From contig NC_083410.1 in assembly GCF_020745735.1 (NCBI RefSeq), positions 2,764,117 to 2,828,116 on the forward strand: a DNA stretch of 64,000 bases, written 5' to 3'. This document shows positions 1-11,413 of this stretch, piece after piece. A program made the position numbers and the translations under genes. The notes below the pieces were generated by a model. It searched no databases, was not told where the DNA came from, and saw only the letters and a program-made list of their open reading frames with translations. The number at the start of each line of letters is the position of its first letter. Position 1 is the stretch's first letter. The DNA comes from Hemiscyllium ocellatum (taxonomy: Eukaryota).

Positions 1-97
1 GGGGCTAGATTGGGTTGGGATATCTGGTCGGCACGGGCGGGTTGGACTGAGGGTCTGTTTCCATGCAGTACATCTCTATGACTCTATGACTCTATGA
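1..97 (+). mobile_element. CR1-type LINE 3' tail
   Basis: gggatatctggtcggcacgg...tgtttccatgcagtacatct followed by a (ctctatga)n tail. The same tail occurs at 35350-35414. Confidence 0.75.
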
Positions 98-678
98 ATA
101 TTTACGTACATGTTTGCACAGTAGCTGGTTTCGATTGTTACATAAATTATTGATCTGTAGATGTGATAAGATATTATATACATTATTCTGTACATTATTG
201 GTCTGTAGATGTGATAAAATATTATATACATTATTCTATACATTATTGATGTTTAGGTGTGACAAGATATTATATACATTGTCTATATTATTGATCTCCA
301 GGTGTTTTAGGTTATTGTTAAATATTAATGTGTAATTTGTTTGATTGGTATGTATGTAATTACACTGTAGGTGTTTTAGCTTATTACATATTTTATTACT
401 TTGTACATGCAGTATGTTATTCTGTACATTACTCCCCCATAGGTGTGGTCTTTTGGGATGTCCTTTGTTACTGTGTGTCTATAATAGATCATTATATACA
501 TTATTCTTCAGTATCCATGTCATGTTGTTGTGTACATCATTGGTTATATATAATATTATATATACAGTATTACTGTGTCAGTCTTCCTGGATGTTATGGT
601 GTGGAGATGCCAGTGTTGGACTGGAATGTATAAATGTAAAAATCACACACCACCAGGTTAGTGTCCAACAGGTTTAGT

Positions 679-965
679 GGGCGGCACGGTGGCACAGTGG
701 TTAGCACTGCTGCCTCACAGCGCCTGTAGACCCGGGTTCAATTCCCGACTCAGGCGACTGACTGTGTGGAGTTTGCACGTTCTCCCCGTGTCTGCGTGGG
801 TTTCCTCCGGGTGCTCCGGTTTCCTCCCACAGTCACAAAGATGTGTGGGTCAGGTGAATTGGCCATGCTAAATTGCCCATAGTGTTAGGGTGGGTTGCGC
901 TTCGGTGGGTCGGTGTGGACTTGTTGGGCCGAAGGGCCTGTTTCCACACTGTAAGTCTAATCTAA
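679..965 (+). mobile_element. HE1-type tRNA-derived V-SINE
   Basis: A-box tggcacagtgg, B-box ggttcaattcc, V-domain tgtggagtttgcacgttctccccgtgtctgcgtgggtttcctccggg and a (tctaa)n tail. It is inserted into a hammerhead-bearing repeat (585-678 and 974-1015). Confidence 0.9.
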
Positions 966-1240
966 AAAAAAATACTAGCTTTCAGAGCACTGCTCCTTCA
1001 TCAGGTGGTTGTCATGTGCCTAGATGTAATGTACATTATATTCTGTAACTGTTAAATAATTATGTAGTTTATTCTCCTGTAGGCAGATGTGTTTAATCTA
1101 CCTACGGTAGAATAAACTACATAATACTTTATTAGGTAGCCTTGGCCTGTGTAATGTTATAATGTACACTGATAATCTGTAGGTCTGTTTGTTTCTTATG
1201 TACATTATTACTCTGTAGATGTGTGAGCTCATTATGATTT

Positions 1241-1422
1241 GGAGATGCCGGTGTTGGACCGGGGTGTACAAAGTTAAAAATCACACAACACCAGGTTATA
1301 GTCCAACAGGTTTAATTGGAAGCACACTAGCTTCATCAGGTGATGAAGGAGTGACGCTCCGAAAGCTAGTGTGCTTCCAATTAAACCTGTTGGACTATAA
1401 CCTGGTGTTGTGTGATTTTTAA
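1241..1422. mobile_element. PLE-terminal-repeat-like element forming a perfect 60-bp inverted repeat
   Basis: 1274-1333 is the exact reverse complement of 1363-1422. The loop holds broken hammerhead core pieces. Confidence 0.7.
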
Positions 1423-2180
1423 TTGGGCTCATTATGCCCTCTATTTCCCATCTGGGTGAGTTATCTTATTGTACACATTATTACTCAGCTGCTTTCAGTC
1501 GTTATGTACATTTTCCCTCAGCAACTTGCTTGATTTTTTGACATAGTGATTCTGTAGGAGTGATATGATATATATATTATATATATAAAATTATTCTGTA
1601 GGTGTTTTGCATTAATATATGTGTTATTACTATTTAGCTGTGTTATATCCACTTTTTGTCTGGAGGTATTTTAGCTTGCTTTGTACATTGTCACTCTGTA
1701 GCTGTGTTGTTATAATACGTACATAATGACACCATAAGAATACTTTATTATCAGCATCATTACTCTGAAGTTATATGTTAACATATTATGAATATTATTA
1801 CATTGTACATGTGTTAGCTTATTCCGTGTGTTATTACTATGTCGATGTGTTCAGTTATTATAAACATTATTACTCTGTAACTAACGTTATTCTGAAGATG
1901 ATTATTCTGTAGGTGTGTCAGGTCACTATATGTGTTATTATTCTGTTGCTGTTCTGGGTTAATATTTACGGTATTCCTCTGTAGAAGTGTTCAGTTATTC
2001 AGCACATTATCATTCTGAGGATTTATTGGGTTAAAATATATATTCCTACTGTGCAGGTTGGGTCAGGTATTCTGCACATTATTACAGTGGAGACTAGGTA
2101 GGGTATTCTGTGTGTGCGATGTGCTACAATATTATGTCATTACTCGATAGAATGTGTTAGTTATTATGTGGTAATAGGTA

Positions 2181-2398
2181 AAAACAAGGACTGCAGATGC
2201 TGGAAACCAGATTCTAGATTAGAGTGGTGCTGGAAAAGCACAGCAAGTCAGGCAGCATCCGAGGAGCAGGAAAATCTCTCTCCATTCTGCAGGCTCCCTG
2301 CCTCTATTCCTGAGGAAGGGCTTTTGCCCAAAACATCGATTTTCTTGCTCCTCGGATGTTGCCTGACCTGCTGTGCCTTTCCAGCACCACTCTAATCT
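2181..2398. mobile_element. Inverted pair of Neptune-type PLE terminal repeats
   Basis: actgcagatgctgga...cacagcaagtcaggcagcatccgaggagcagg followed by the opposite-orientation copy. Same family as the 3' end of the PLE at 16790-16890. Confidence 0.8.
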
Positions 2399-3180
2399 TA
2401 GTTATTATGCATATCATTAATGAATATTATTACCATGTAGCTTTATGACTGTGATAGTTATTATACACATTATTACTTTGTAGCTCTGGGATATTACATA
2501 GATTATTACACTGTTGGTCTACTTCATTATTATATACAGCATTACTCTCTGGATGCATTATATATCTATGTCCATTATTACTCTGTACCTATTTTCTGTT
2601 ATTATGCCCATTATTACTCTTAGAGTGCATTAACCTATTACATACCTTATTGCTCTATGGGCCTGTTACATTGTTGTGTTCAATATTACTCTATAGATAT
2701 GTGAGGTTATTTTCAACATTATTACCTTGCATTAGGTTATTACGGGTACTATTTCTATGTCAATGTATTAGATTTCCATGTGTGTTATTATTCTGTAGGT
2801 GTGTTATGTACACTAAACCATACTTAAATTTGTCAGGTTAATTCTACATTGTTACTCTGGAGGTGGGTGAGGTTTCTATTAACATTATTACATACGTTAT
2901 TCCCCTGTAGAATGTGTTTGGGTGTCATATCCATTATTACTGTCTAGCTGGGTTAGGGTATCATACCCATTACTACTGTGTAGCGGGGTTAGGGTGTCAT
3001 ATCCATTATTACTGTGTAGCTGGGTTAGGGTGTCATATCCATTATTACTGTGTTGCTGGGTTAGGGTAACATATCCATTATTACTCTATCTGGGTTAGGG
3101 TACCATTTCCGTTATTGCTCTGTTGCTGGTCTGGGGTACCATATCCTTTATTATGTGTATGGTTTGGTTCTGGTATCATC

Positions 3181-3633
3181 GAGTCATAGAGTCATAGAGA
3201 CGTACAGCATGGAAACAAGGAAGATTGATGAGGGCAGAGCAGTAAATGTGATCTATATGGACTTCAGTAAGGCGTTCAACAAGGTTCCCCATGGGAGACA
3301 GACTAGCAAGGTTAGATCTCATGGAATACAGGGAGAACTAGCCATTTGGATACAGAACTGACTCAAAGGTAGAAGACAGAGGGTGGTGGTGGAGGGTTGT
3401 TTTTCAGACTAGAGGCCTGTGACCAGTGGAGTGCCACAAGGATCGGTGCTGGACCCTCTACTTTTTGATATCTATTTCCCTACAGTCTGTATCTTCCATG
3501 TCCTTTTCCACAGTAAATACTGATGCAAAATATTATTTAGTATCTCCCCCATTTTCTGCGGCTCCACACAAAGGCCACCTTGCTGACCTTTGAGGGCCCC
3601 TATTCTCTCCCTAGTTACCCTTTTGTCCTTAAT
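3181..3633. mobile_element. Rearranged CR1 LINE fragment
   Basis: Plus-strand RT piece (YMDFSKAFNKVPHG...GVPQGSVL) flanked by minus-strand CR1 segments. Confidence 0.8.
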
Positions 3634-4298
3634 AGGGTATCATATCCAGTTTTAATCTGTAGCTGGGTTCTTCAGATACCATGCCCAATATTACTGTGTA
3701 TCTAGGTTAGGGTATCATTTCCATTATTACTCTGTTGCAGTGTTAGGGTACCATTATCATTATTACTGTGTAGCTGGGTTGAGATACAAATCCGTTATTT
3801 CTCTGTAGCTGTGTTTGAACATATATGTGTTATTATGATAAGATGTGTTATGTTAATATCTACATTACTATTCTGTAGTTCTGTTCGGTTATCGTTATGT
3901 CTATATGGGTATGTTGCATAACTATGTAACGGATTACTCTGCACTTGTGTGAGGTTATTATATACATTATTAAGCTGTAGCTGTTTTAGGTTGTAATTAA
4001 CATTTTTACTGTGTTATTATGTACAGTATTAGTCTGTAGCAGTACTTGCTCCTTATGGACATTGTTATTCTTTTAATATGTTATAAATCTTTTTCTTCTG
4101 TAGATGTACTCGGTTACTATATACATGATTACCGTGTGGGTATCTCGGGTTATTAAGTTGATTATGAATCTCTAGGTGTGTTCTGATATTATCCATATTA
4201 TTTGAAGGTGTGTGTACATTATTATTCTGCAAGGTTGTATCTTATATACATTATTCCTCTGTCACTGTGTTAGTTATTGTATCCATTACTACTCCGTA

Positions 4299-4618
4299 CA
4301 AATAGAAGATTCTTTATCTGAAATGCTCGGGACCAGCTGTTTTTCAGAATTCGGAATTTTTCAGTTTTCGGAATGTGACAGTTTAATGGTGAAATTTTTT
4401 AAAATTCTTACCAGCGAAGCAGCCTTCTAACTAAGAATGTGCTTGGCTACGTCCCCCCACGTCGCATCTGAATGACACACATGGAGTGGGTGTCAACTTG
4501 GGTTAACTGTTTGCTCGCCAAACAGCCTTGTTAATGAGTAAAAAACTTCACACAAAAAAAACTTCAGATTTCAGAGCTTTTCGGTTTTTGCATGTTCAGA
4601 TAAGGGATCGTCTACCTG
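4299..4618. mobile_element. Tc1/mariner Tigger-like MITE
   Basis: Imperfect 24-bp TIRs (caaatagaagattctttatctgaa / revcomp caggtagacgatcccttatctgaa, 19/24) with TA on both sides (4297-98, 4619-20). Confidence 0.75.
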
Positions 4619-4790
4619 TAGCTATGTTGGTAGGTGCAGCAGGTTAATATGTATATTCTAATGTTTTAGAAGCTTTGGATGATTCCATACATTATTTGTC
4701 AGTAACTGTATTAATTATTTTATATTTATTACTCAGTGGCTATGTTGGGATATTCTGAACATTATTCCTCTGTAGGAGCTGTGGGTTAAT

Positions 4791-5008
4791 ACAGGTCATT
4801 CTGCTATAACGTACATTTTGTCAACACAAATTCACTGTAACACAACTGACAAAAGGGGATGCTGTACCTAAAGGGTGAACTTTTTAAACCGGTGTTGGCT
4901 ATAGTGTGATTGCATCACCAACACTTTGTTATCTGTACTGTGGAATTCTTGTAAAGCATGTGCGCACACAGGAACATGGCTATCGCACTATCGAAGAAAT
5001 GACTGTAC
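4791..5008. mobile_element. Probable second Tigger-like MITE
   Basis: Ends tacaggtcattctgctataacg and revcomp tacagtcatttcttcgatagtg form degenerate TIRs with TA flanks. Confidence 0.45.
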
Positions 5009-6083
5009 GTGCATTATTTCTCTGTATATGCAGTAGTTTAATATGTATGTTATTACACTGCAGACGCTTTAGGTTATCTTATACATTATTATGCTGTAGT
5101 AGCTTTAGGTTATTATATACATTATTCCTTAGTAGCTATATTAATGTATTGCATACATTATTATTCAGTGGTTATGTTGGGATATTCTGAGCATTATTCC
5201 TCCATAGGAGTAGTAGGTTAATATGTATGTTGTTCCTCTGTAGGTGCAGTAGATTAATATGTGGATTATTACTCTGCAGGTGTGGTAGTTTAATGTGTAC
5301 ATTATTACTCTGTAGGTGAATTTGGTTTTTGATGTAAATTATTACCCTGTAGGTTATTATGTATATTTTTACTCTGGAGCTATTTTTGATTATTTTGTGC
5401 ATTATTACTCTGTAGCAATGTTAAATGATTATTTACATTATTACTCTATAGTTGTGCAGTTAGTATTTATGCATTACTCTGTAGGTATAATGTATGTTAT
5501 TACGCTGTAGCTGGCTTAGATGATGATATACATTACTCAGTATGTGTATTAGGTTATTGTGTAAATTATTACTCTGCATTTCATTTGTTTTTGTAGCTCT
5601 GTGAAGGTTTCATGTTAACATAGTTTCACAGAATCTGGGAATTATTATGAGACAGAAACAGGCCATTCAGCCCATTGTCTCTGCCAATATGAATCCTGAC
5701 ATTGTGCCGATCTCCCACTTTTTGCCTGTATGCTTGTACATAATTTCTATCTAAATAATCATCTAATGCCTTCTTATATGTCTCAATTGAAATGTCCTCT
5801 CCCATATCTCAATGCATGCTGGCTGTTGATGCAGTTTACTCAATGCACCCATTTAGAAGATTGTTTTGACCTGACAAACTGAGCTTGGGAGCAGAAATGG
5901 CAATACATCTATGATATAGCTGGGAGAATGGTGTCACACTCCCCAACCTGCAAGAGGTTACAGCCAAGATTCAACACTGGCATGCAGTTCAATGTCATGT
6001 TTCTGGGAAATATGACCAAGTGTTGTGTAACTATAATCCTGCCTTTCTTAAAGTCACAAGAAACAATGCTGAAGTTTACTTAC

Positions 6084-9000
6084 TGATTGTGCTCAGCTGA
6101 GTGATATTCTGGGAGATCTCTGCAATCGTTATACTCATTTCTGTCCTGTTCTTGGAACGCTCCAAAATGGTTCCTTTTTCTTCAGACTGATTCTTTGCTG
6201 GATTACCGCTTGTTACATTCAGATCCTTCTCAATCCTGGATCTGTCTTCACTGGTTCTATTCCACTGAACTGCTCTGCCCTCCATCTCCTCATTCACTGT
6301 CTCTAGTTTCTTCGCACCCTTTGGAATGTCACCAATGGATCCACTCAGTACATTCCAATTTCTGAAGCTCTCTATACTGGTGCCATTCCATTTAGACATG
6401 TTCCTGGAAAGTTCTCCATTGATTGTATTCAACTCATCCCTTGTAAAATTTTCACTGATTTCTTCCAGGTCAGTTTTGGCCAGTTCTCCTCTGGCTGCAC
6501 TGAGTTCATTCTCAGACCTGGAGGGTTTTCCATGAATTACATTAACTTTAGACACATTGCTAGATTTCTTCTCACTGGTTATTGTCACTTCATTCCCATT
6601 TTTTGTACTTGTTCCATGGGCTGCATTTCGTTCATTTCCAGATATGTTATCATTGGATACATGCAGCATATTAACATTCATACTTACTTCACCAATGAGT
6701 CTAGTCTCTTTAGACACAGTCCCAGAGATTTCTCCACTGGCAACATTAGTCTCATTCCCAGTCCCAGAGATCTCCGCACTGGCAACATTCATCTCATTCC
6801 CAATCCTAGAGATTTCTCCACTGGCAACATTAGTCTCATTCCCAGTCCCGGAGATTTCTCTACTGGCAACATTAGTCTCATTCCCAGTCCCGGAGATCTC
6901 CGCACTGGCAACATTCATCTCATTCCCAATCCTGGAGATTTCTTGACTGGCAACATTAGTCTCATTCCCAGTCCTGGAGATCTCCGCACTGGCAACTTTA
7001 ATCTCATTCCCAATCCTGGAGATTTCTCTACTGGCAACACTAGTCTCATTCCCAATCCTGGAGTTTTCTCGACTGGCAACATTAGTCTCATTCCCAGTCC
7101 CGGAGATCTCCGCACTGGCAACATTCATCTCATTCCCACTCCTGGAGACTTCTCCACTGGCAACATTAGTCTCATTCCCAATCCTGGAGTTTTCTCGACT
7201 GGCAACATTAGTCTCATTCCCAGTCCCGGAGATCTCCGCACTGGCAACATTAGTCTCATTCCCAGTCCCGGAGATCTCCGCACTGGCAACATTCATCTCA
7301 TTCCCAATCCTGGAGACTTCTCCACTGGCAACATTAGTCTCATTCCCAGTCCCGGAAATTACTCTACTGGCAACATCAGCCTCATTCCCAGTCCCGGAGA
7401 TCTCCGCACTGGCAACATTAGTCTCATTCCCAATCCTGGAGATTTCTCTACTGGCAACATTAGTCTCAATCCCAATCCTGGAGATTTCTCCACTGGCAAA
7501 ATTAGTCTCATTCCCAGTCCCGGAGATTTCTCTACTGGTAACATTAGTCTCATTCCCAGTCTCGGAGATTTCTCGACTGACAACATTTGTCTCATTCCCA
7601 ATCCTGGAGATCTCCGCACTGGCAACATCTATTTCATTCCCAATCCTGGAAATCTCTCCACTGGCAACATTTGTCTCTTTATCAGTTCCGGAGATCTCTC
7701 TGCTGGCTGATTTCAATTCACTCCCAATCCTGAAAATCTCCCCAATAGTTCCATTCCATTTGGAAACAATGCTGGGTAATGCTCCACTTGCAAAATCCAA
7801 TTGATTCCCAGGCTTGGAGGGTTGTCCACGATGTCTATATCGTTTGAACATTTTCCAAGAAAGCTTTCTATTTCCTGCATTTGTATTACTTCTACTCTTG
7901 GAGATCTCTACATTGATTGCCTTTGGCCTGATTCCAATCCTGGATGTCCTTACACTGGATGTGTTCAGCTCATTCCCAGTTTTGGAGATCACTCCACTGG
8001 CTGCACTCAGATTGTTCCCAACATATGAAGTCACTCTGATTACTGCATCTGATTCATTCCGAATTCTGGGAATTGCTGCACTAGTTACACTATAGTTGGA
8101 CACAATTCTGTTTACCTCTCCACTTGTGAAATTCAGTTCATTCTCAGCCATGGATATCTGTCCTCTGCTGTTATTCCATTGTGACACATTCCTGGTGACT
8201 TCTTCTCTGGATATATTTGGAACATTCTGTGATATTTCTTCACTGCTTGTGTTCAGTATATTCCTGGTCACATTTATTGCCTGACTGGTTTCAATCCATT
8301 TGGATCCAGGGATTGATGCTGTTCTGTTGGCTATTTTCAGTTCATTCCCATTACTTGAAGTTTTTGCAGTGACTGCATTTGATTCATTCATGATCCTGGA
8401 AATTTCTCGTCTGGTTCCATTCCAGTTGGACACATTGCCAGATATTACTCCAATGGGTATATTCCCAATAGACACAATTGCGGATACCTCTCCACTGATT
8501 CCATTCCCAATACAGACAATCCCGGATATCTCTCCAGTGGTTTCTTTTCCGATAGGAACCATCCCAGATAGCTCTCTAATGGTTCCTTTCCCAATAGCCA
8601 TAACCCCAGATATATCTCCACTGGTTCCATTCCAGTTGGACACAATCCCGGATATTGATCCAATGGTTTCATTCCCAATAGACATAATCATGGATATCTC
8701 TCCACTGGTTCCAGTCCCAATAGACACAACCCCGGATATCTCTCCACTGGTCCCATTCCCAATATTCAAAATCCCAGATATCTCTCCACTGGTCCCATTC
8801 CCATTTGAAATAATCTCAGATATCTCTCCAGTTGTTCCATTCCCAATGGATACATTCCCAGATTTCCCTTCATTGGTTCCATTCCTGTTTGATACAATCC
8901 CAGATATCTCTCTACAGGTCCCATTCCTGTCGGACACATTCCTCAATATCACCTCACTGGTTCCATTCCTGATGGACACATTCTTGGATATATCTTCACT

Positions 9001-10298
9001 GGTTCCATTCCTTATAGACTCATTCCTGGATATCAATTCACTGGTTCCATTCTCGATTGACACATTCTTGGATATATCTTCACTGGTTCCATTCCTGATG
9101 GACTCATTCCTGGATATCACTTCACTGGTTCCATTCTCGATTGACACATTCTTGGATATATCTTCACTGGTTCCATTCTCGATTGGCACATTCTTGGATA
9201 TATCTTCACTGGTTCCATTCCTGATGGACTCATTCCTGGATATCACTTCACTGGTTCCATTCTCGATTGACACATTCTTGGATATATCTTCACTGGTTCC
9301 ATTCCTGATGGACACATTCCTGAATATCACTTCACTGGTTCCATTCCCAATAGATGCATTGCTCAATATACCTCCACTCGTTTTATTCCAGTTGGTAAAA
9401 TTCCCAGATATTTCTCCATTGGTTCCATTCCTGATAAACCCAATATCGGATAACTCTCTACTGGCTGCAATTAGCTCATTCCCAGTTTTGAACTGGCCAC
9501 CTCCATTTGCATTTAATTCATTCTCATTACTAATAATCTTATTAATGATTTCATTTTGCTTCAGCTCATTTCCAAGTACTTGTTCATTGCTTAATGTCAG
9601 GTCACTCCCATTCATGAGATCAACCACGTTGATTCTATTTTGTTCAGACACATTCCAGGAAAACTGTCCAGAAACAGCAGTCAGCTCATTCTCAGTCCTG
9701 GTGTTCTCTCCAATGGTATTATTCTGTCTGGACACATGACTAGAGATCTCTGATTCATTCCCAATTCCGGATTTCTCTCCAGTAGCTACATTCCAGTTGT
9801 ACACATTCCCAGCTTGTTGTCCACTGGTTCCATTGCAGTTTGACATGGTGTTGTTGGATAGTTCACCTCTGCCTGTATCCAGCTCATTCCCATTCCTCAT
9901 TTTTTCTTTACTGGTTCCATTCATTTCAGTTTTAATTCTGGAGACATTTTCATTGGTTACAATCAAGTGAGTTCCATTCCCACTGATATCTCCCCACACT
10001 TTACAGTAAAAGACCCCAGTGTCATTGGGCTGTACATTTGTGATGGTCAGAATGAAGCTGTTCTTGGAGGGTTCTCTGGAAGACTGGAATCGCTCAGTGA
10101 ATCCTGGGCTCCGTTGTGTGATGTTCCTCACGTCATCTGTTAAAACCCACTCCGTGCTGTTCTCTTGTTGTTCCCGGTACCAGTGAACATCAGTGTGTGT
10201 CACTGCGGTGTTCCTCACGGTGCACTGTAACTGGACAGTGTGACCCTCAGTGACACGTTCCAGGCTCGGAGACTGGAGAAGATCTGGGGCATTTGCAC
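6084..10298 (-). CDS. Giant exon: V-set (VJ-type) domain V2 plus ~1290-aa N-glycosylation-rich 14-aa-repeat stalk
   Basis: Uninterrupted ORF 6076-10314. V domain APDLLQSP..QCT..VHWYR..NSFILTITNVQPNDTGVFYCKVWGDISGNGTHLIVT. Acceptor ttttctcttaaag| at 10299 and donor |gtaagt at 6083. Length 4215 nt = 1405 codons, phase 1 at both ends, matching the V1 exon. Confidence 0.88.
6700..7700 (-). repeat. Coding 42-bp tandem array (NETNVASxEISxxG-type 14-aa unit) within the stalk exon
   Basis: Plus-strand unit ctggcaacattagtctcattcccagtcccggagatttctcca repeats more than 20 times with the frame preserved. Confidence 0.95.
8400..9350 (-). repeat. Coding 42-bp tandem arrays (NVSIxNGTSExISK and NGTSGEISGIVSIG-type 14-aa units)
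   Basis: Plus-strand unit gatatatcttcactggttccattc(tcgatt/ctgatg)gacacattc(t/c)tg and related units, with the frame preserved. Confidence 0.92.
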
Positions 10299-10473
10299 CT
10301 TTAAGAGAAAACATGTGAACAAATTAAAACCAGGTCTAGTGTCTTCACTGTTTTCAGTCAAACTAATGTTTTACACATAGATTTTTTAAAGTGAAGTCCA
10401 TCAAGTCTCTGCAACTTCTGCATCAGTTCCATTCGTTGTTGTGGTTCTGTTCGCCGAGCTGGGAGTTTTTGTT

Positions 10474-10513
10474 GCAAACGTTTCGTCCCCTGTCTAGGTG
10501 ACATCCTCAGTGC
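10474..10513 (-). ncRNA. Minimal type I hammerhead ribozyme motif (PLE family B)
   Basis: Minus strand reads gca CUGAGGA U GUCACCU agac AGGGGAC GAA AC-GUU ugc, giving the core, stem II, palindromic stem III and stem I gca/ugc. Confidence 0.7.
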
Positions 10514-11046
10514 TTGGGAGCCTCCTGTGAAGCGCTTCTGTGATCTTTCCTCCGGCATTTGTAGTGGTTTGTCTCTGTCGCTTCTGGTTGTCAGTTGCTG
10601 TCCGCTGCAGTGGCCGGTATATTGGGGCTAGGTCGATGTGTTTGTTGATTGAATCTGTGGATGAGCCATGCCTCTAGGAATTCCCTGGCTGTTCTCGGTT
10701 TGGCTTGCCCTATAATGGTAGTGTTGTCCCAGTCGAATTCATGTTGTTTGTCATCTCTGTGTGTGGCTACTAGGGATAGCTGGTCATGTAGCCACACACG
10801 CAGATGACAAACAACATGAATTCGACTGGGACAACACTACTATTATAGGACAAGCCAAACAAAGAACAGCCAGGGAAGTTCTAGAGGCATGGCACTCATC
10901 CACAGATTTTATCAACAAACTCATCGACCTAGACCCTATATACCGGCCACTGCAGCGGACAGCAACTGACAACCAGAAGCGGCAGAGACAAACCACTATA
11001 AATGCCGGAGGAATCAGCACAGAAGCACTTCACAGGAGGCTCCCAA

Positions 11047-11086
11047 GCACTGAGGATGTCACCTAGACAGGGGATGAAACGTCTGC
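11047..11086 (+). ncRNA. Minimal type I hammerhead ribozyme motif (PLE family B)
   Basis: gca CUGAGGA U GUCACCU agac AGGGGAU GAA AC-GUC ugc. Confidence 0.7.
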
Positions 11087-11261
11087 AACACAAATTCCCA
11101 GCTCGGCGAACAGAACCACAATAACAAGCACCCGAGCTACAAATCTTCTCTCAAACTTTGCTCAGTTCCATTCCTCCTGTCTGTTCATGTAATCCTGAAA
11201 GTTCACGGCTCTTATGCCTATCCAGCAGCCTTTCAAATCATAAGCCTATAAAAGATAGGAG

Positions 11262-11397
11262 AAAGTGAGGACTGCAGATGCTGGAGATCAGAGCTGAAAA
11301 TGTGTTGCTGGAAAAGTGCAGCAGGTCAGGCAGCATCCTGGAAAAGCATCCTTGATGCTGCCTGACCTGCTGCGCTTTTCCAGCAACACATTTTCAG
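11262..11397. mobile_element. Inverted pair of PLE terminal-repeat fragments with TSD
   Basis: 16-bp direct repeat ctataaaagataggag at 11246-11261 and 11398-11413 flanks the head-to-head copies. Confidence 0.8.
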
Positions 11398-11413
11398 CTA
11401 TAAAAGATAGGAG

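Larger units (their letters stand above)
100..5580. repeat. Old AT-rich satellite (~36-bp unit, core tacattattactctgtag) interrupted by TEs
   Basis: The cattattact(c/g)tgtag motif recurs across 5.5 kb. Locally homogeneous 36-bp units ctgggttagggtgtcatatccattattactgtgtag occur at ~2940-3120. Confidence 0.75.
10435..11161. mobile_element. Poseidon/Penelope-type PLE 3' fragments in inverted arrangement (~336-bp arms)
   Basis: Arms 10435-10770 and 10788-11125 are reverse complements. Both encode the C-terminal GIY-YIG-region peptide HEFDWDNTTIIGQAK..AREFLEAW. 12-bp TSD tcagttccattc at 10423-10434 and 11162-11173. Confidence 0.85.

Noticed and set aside
693-699. CACAGTG heptamers as V(D)J recombination signals (also in other SINE heads and at ~19523)
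   Set aside because: They are part of the SINE A-box or internal coding sequence, have no nonamer at 12/23 spacing, and are not at V-exon ends.
679-760. tRNA genes
   Set aside because: The A/B boxes belong to tRNA-derived SINE heads fused to V-domains, with no complete cloverleaf.
6700-7700. CRISPR-like regular repeats here and in other arrays
   Set aside because: These are head-to-tail units without unique spacers, in a vertebrate genome with no cas genes.
6532-9739. Long plus-strand ORFs 6532-7710 and 8300-9739
   Set aside because: They are antisense shadows of the 42-bp coding repeats in the minus-strand stalk exon, with no independent protein features.
10299-10314. ATG start MFSLK for the 1412-aa ORF
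   Set aside because: It lies in the polypyrimidine tract of the acceptor and gives no signal peptide. The exon more plausibly begins at 10298.
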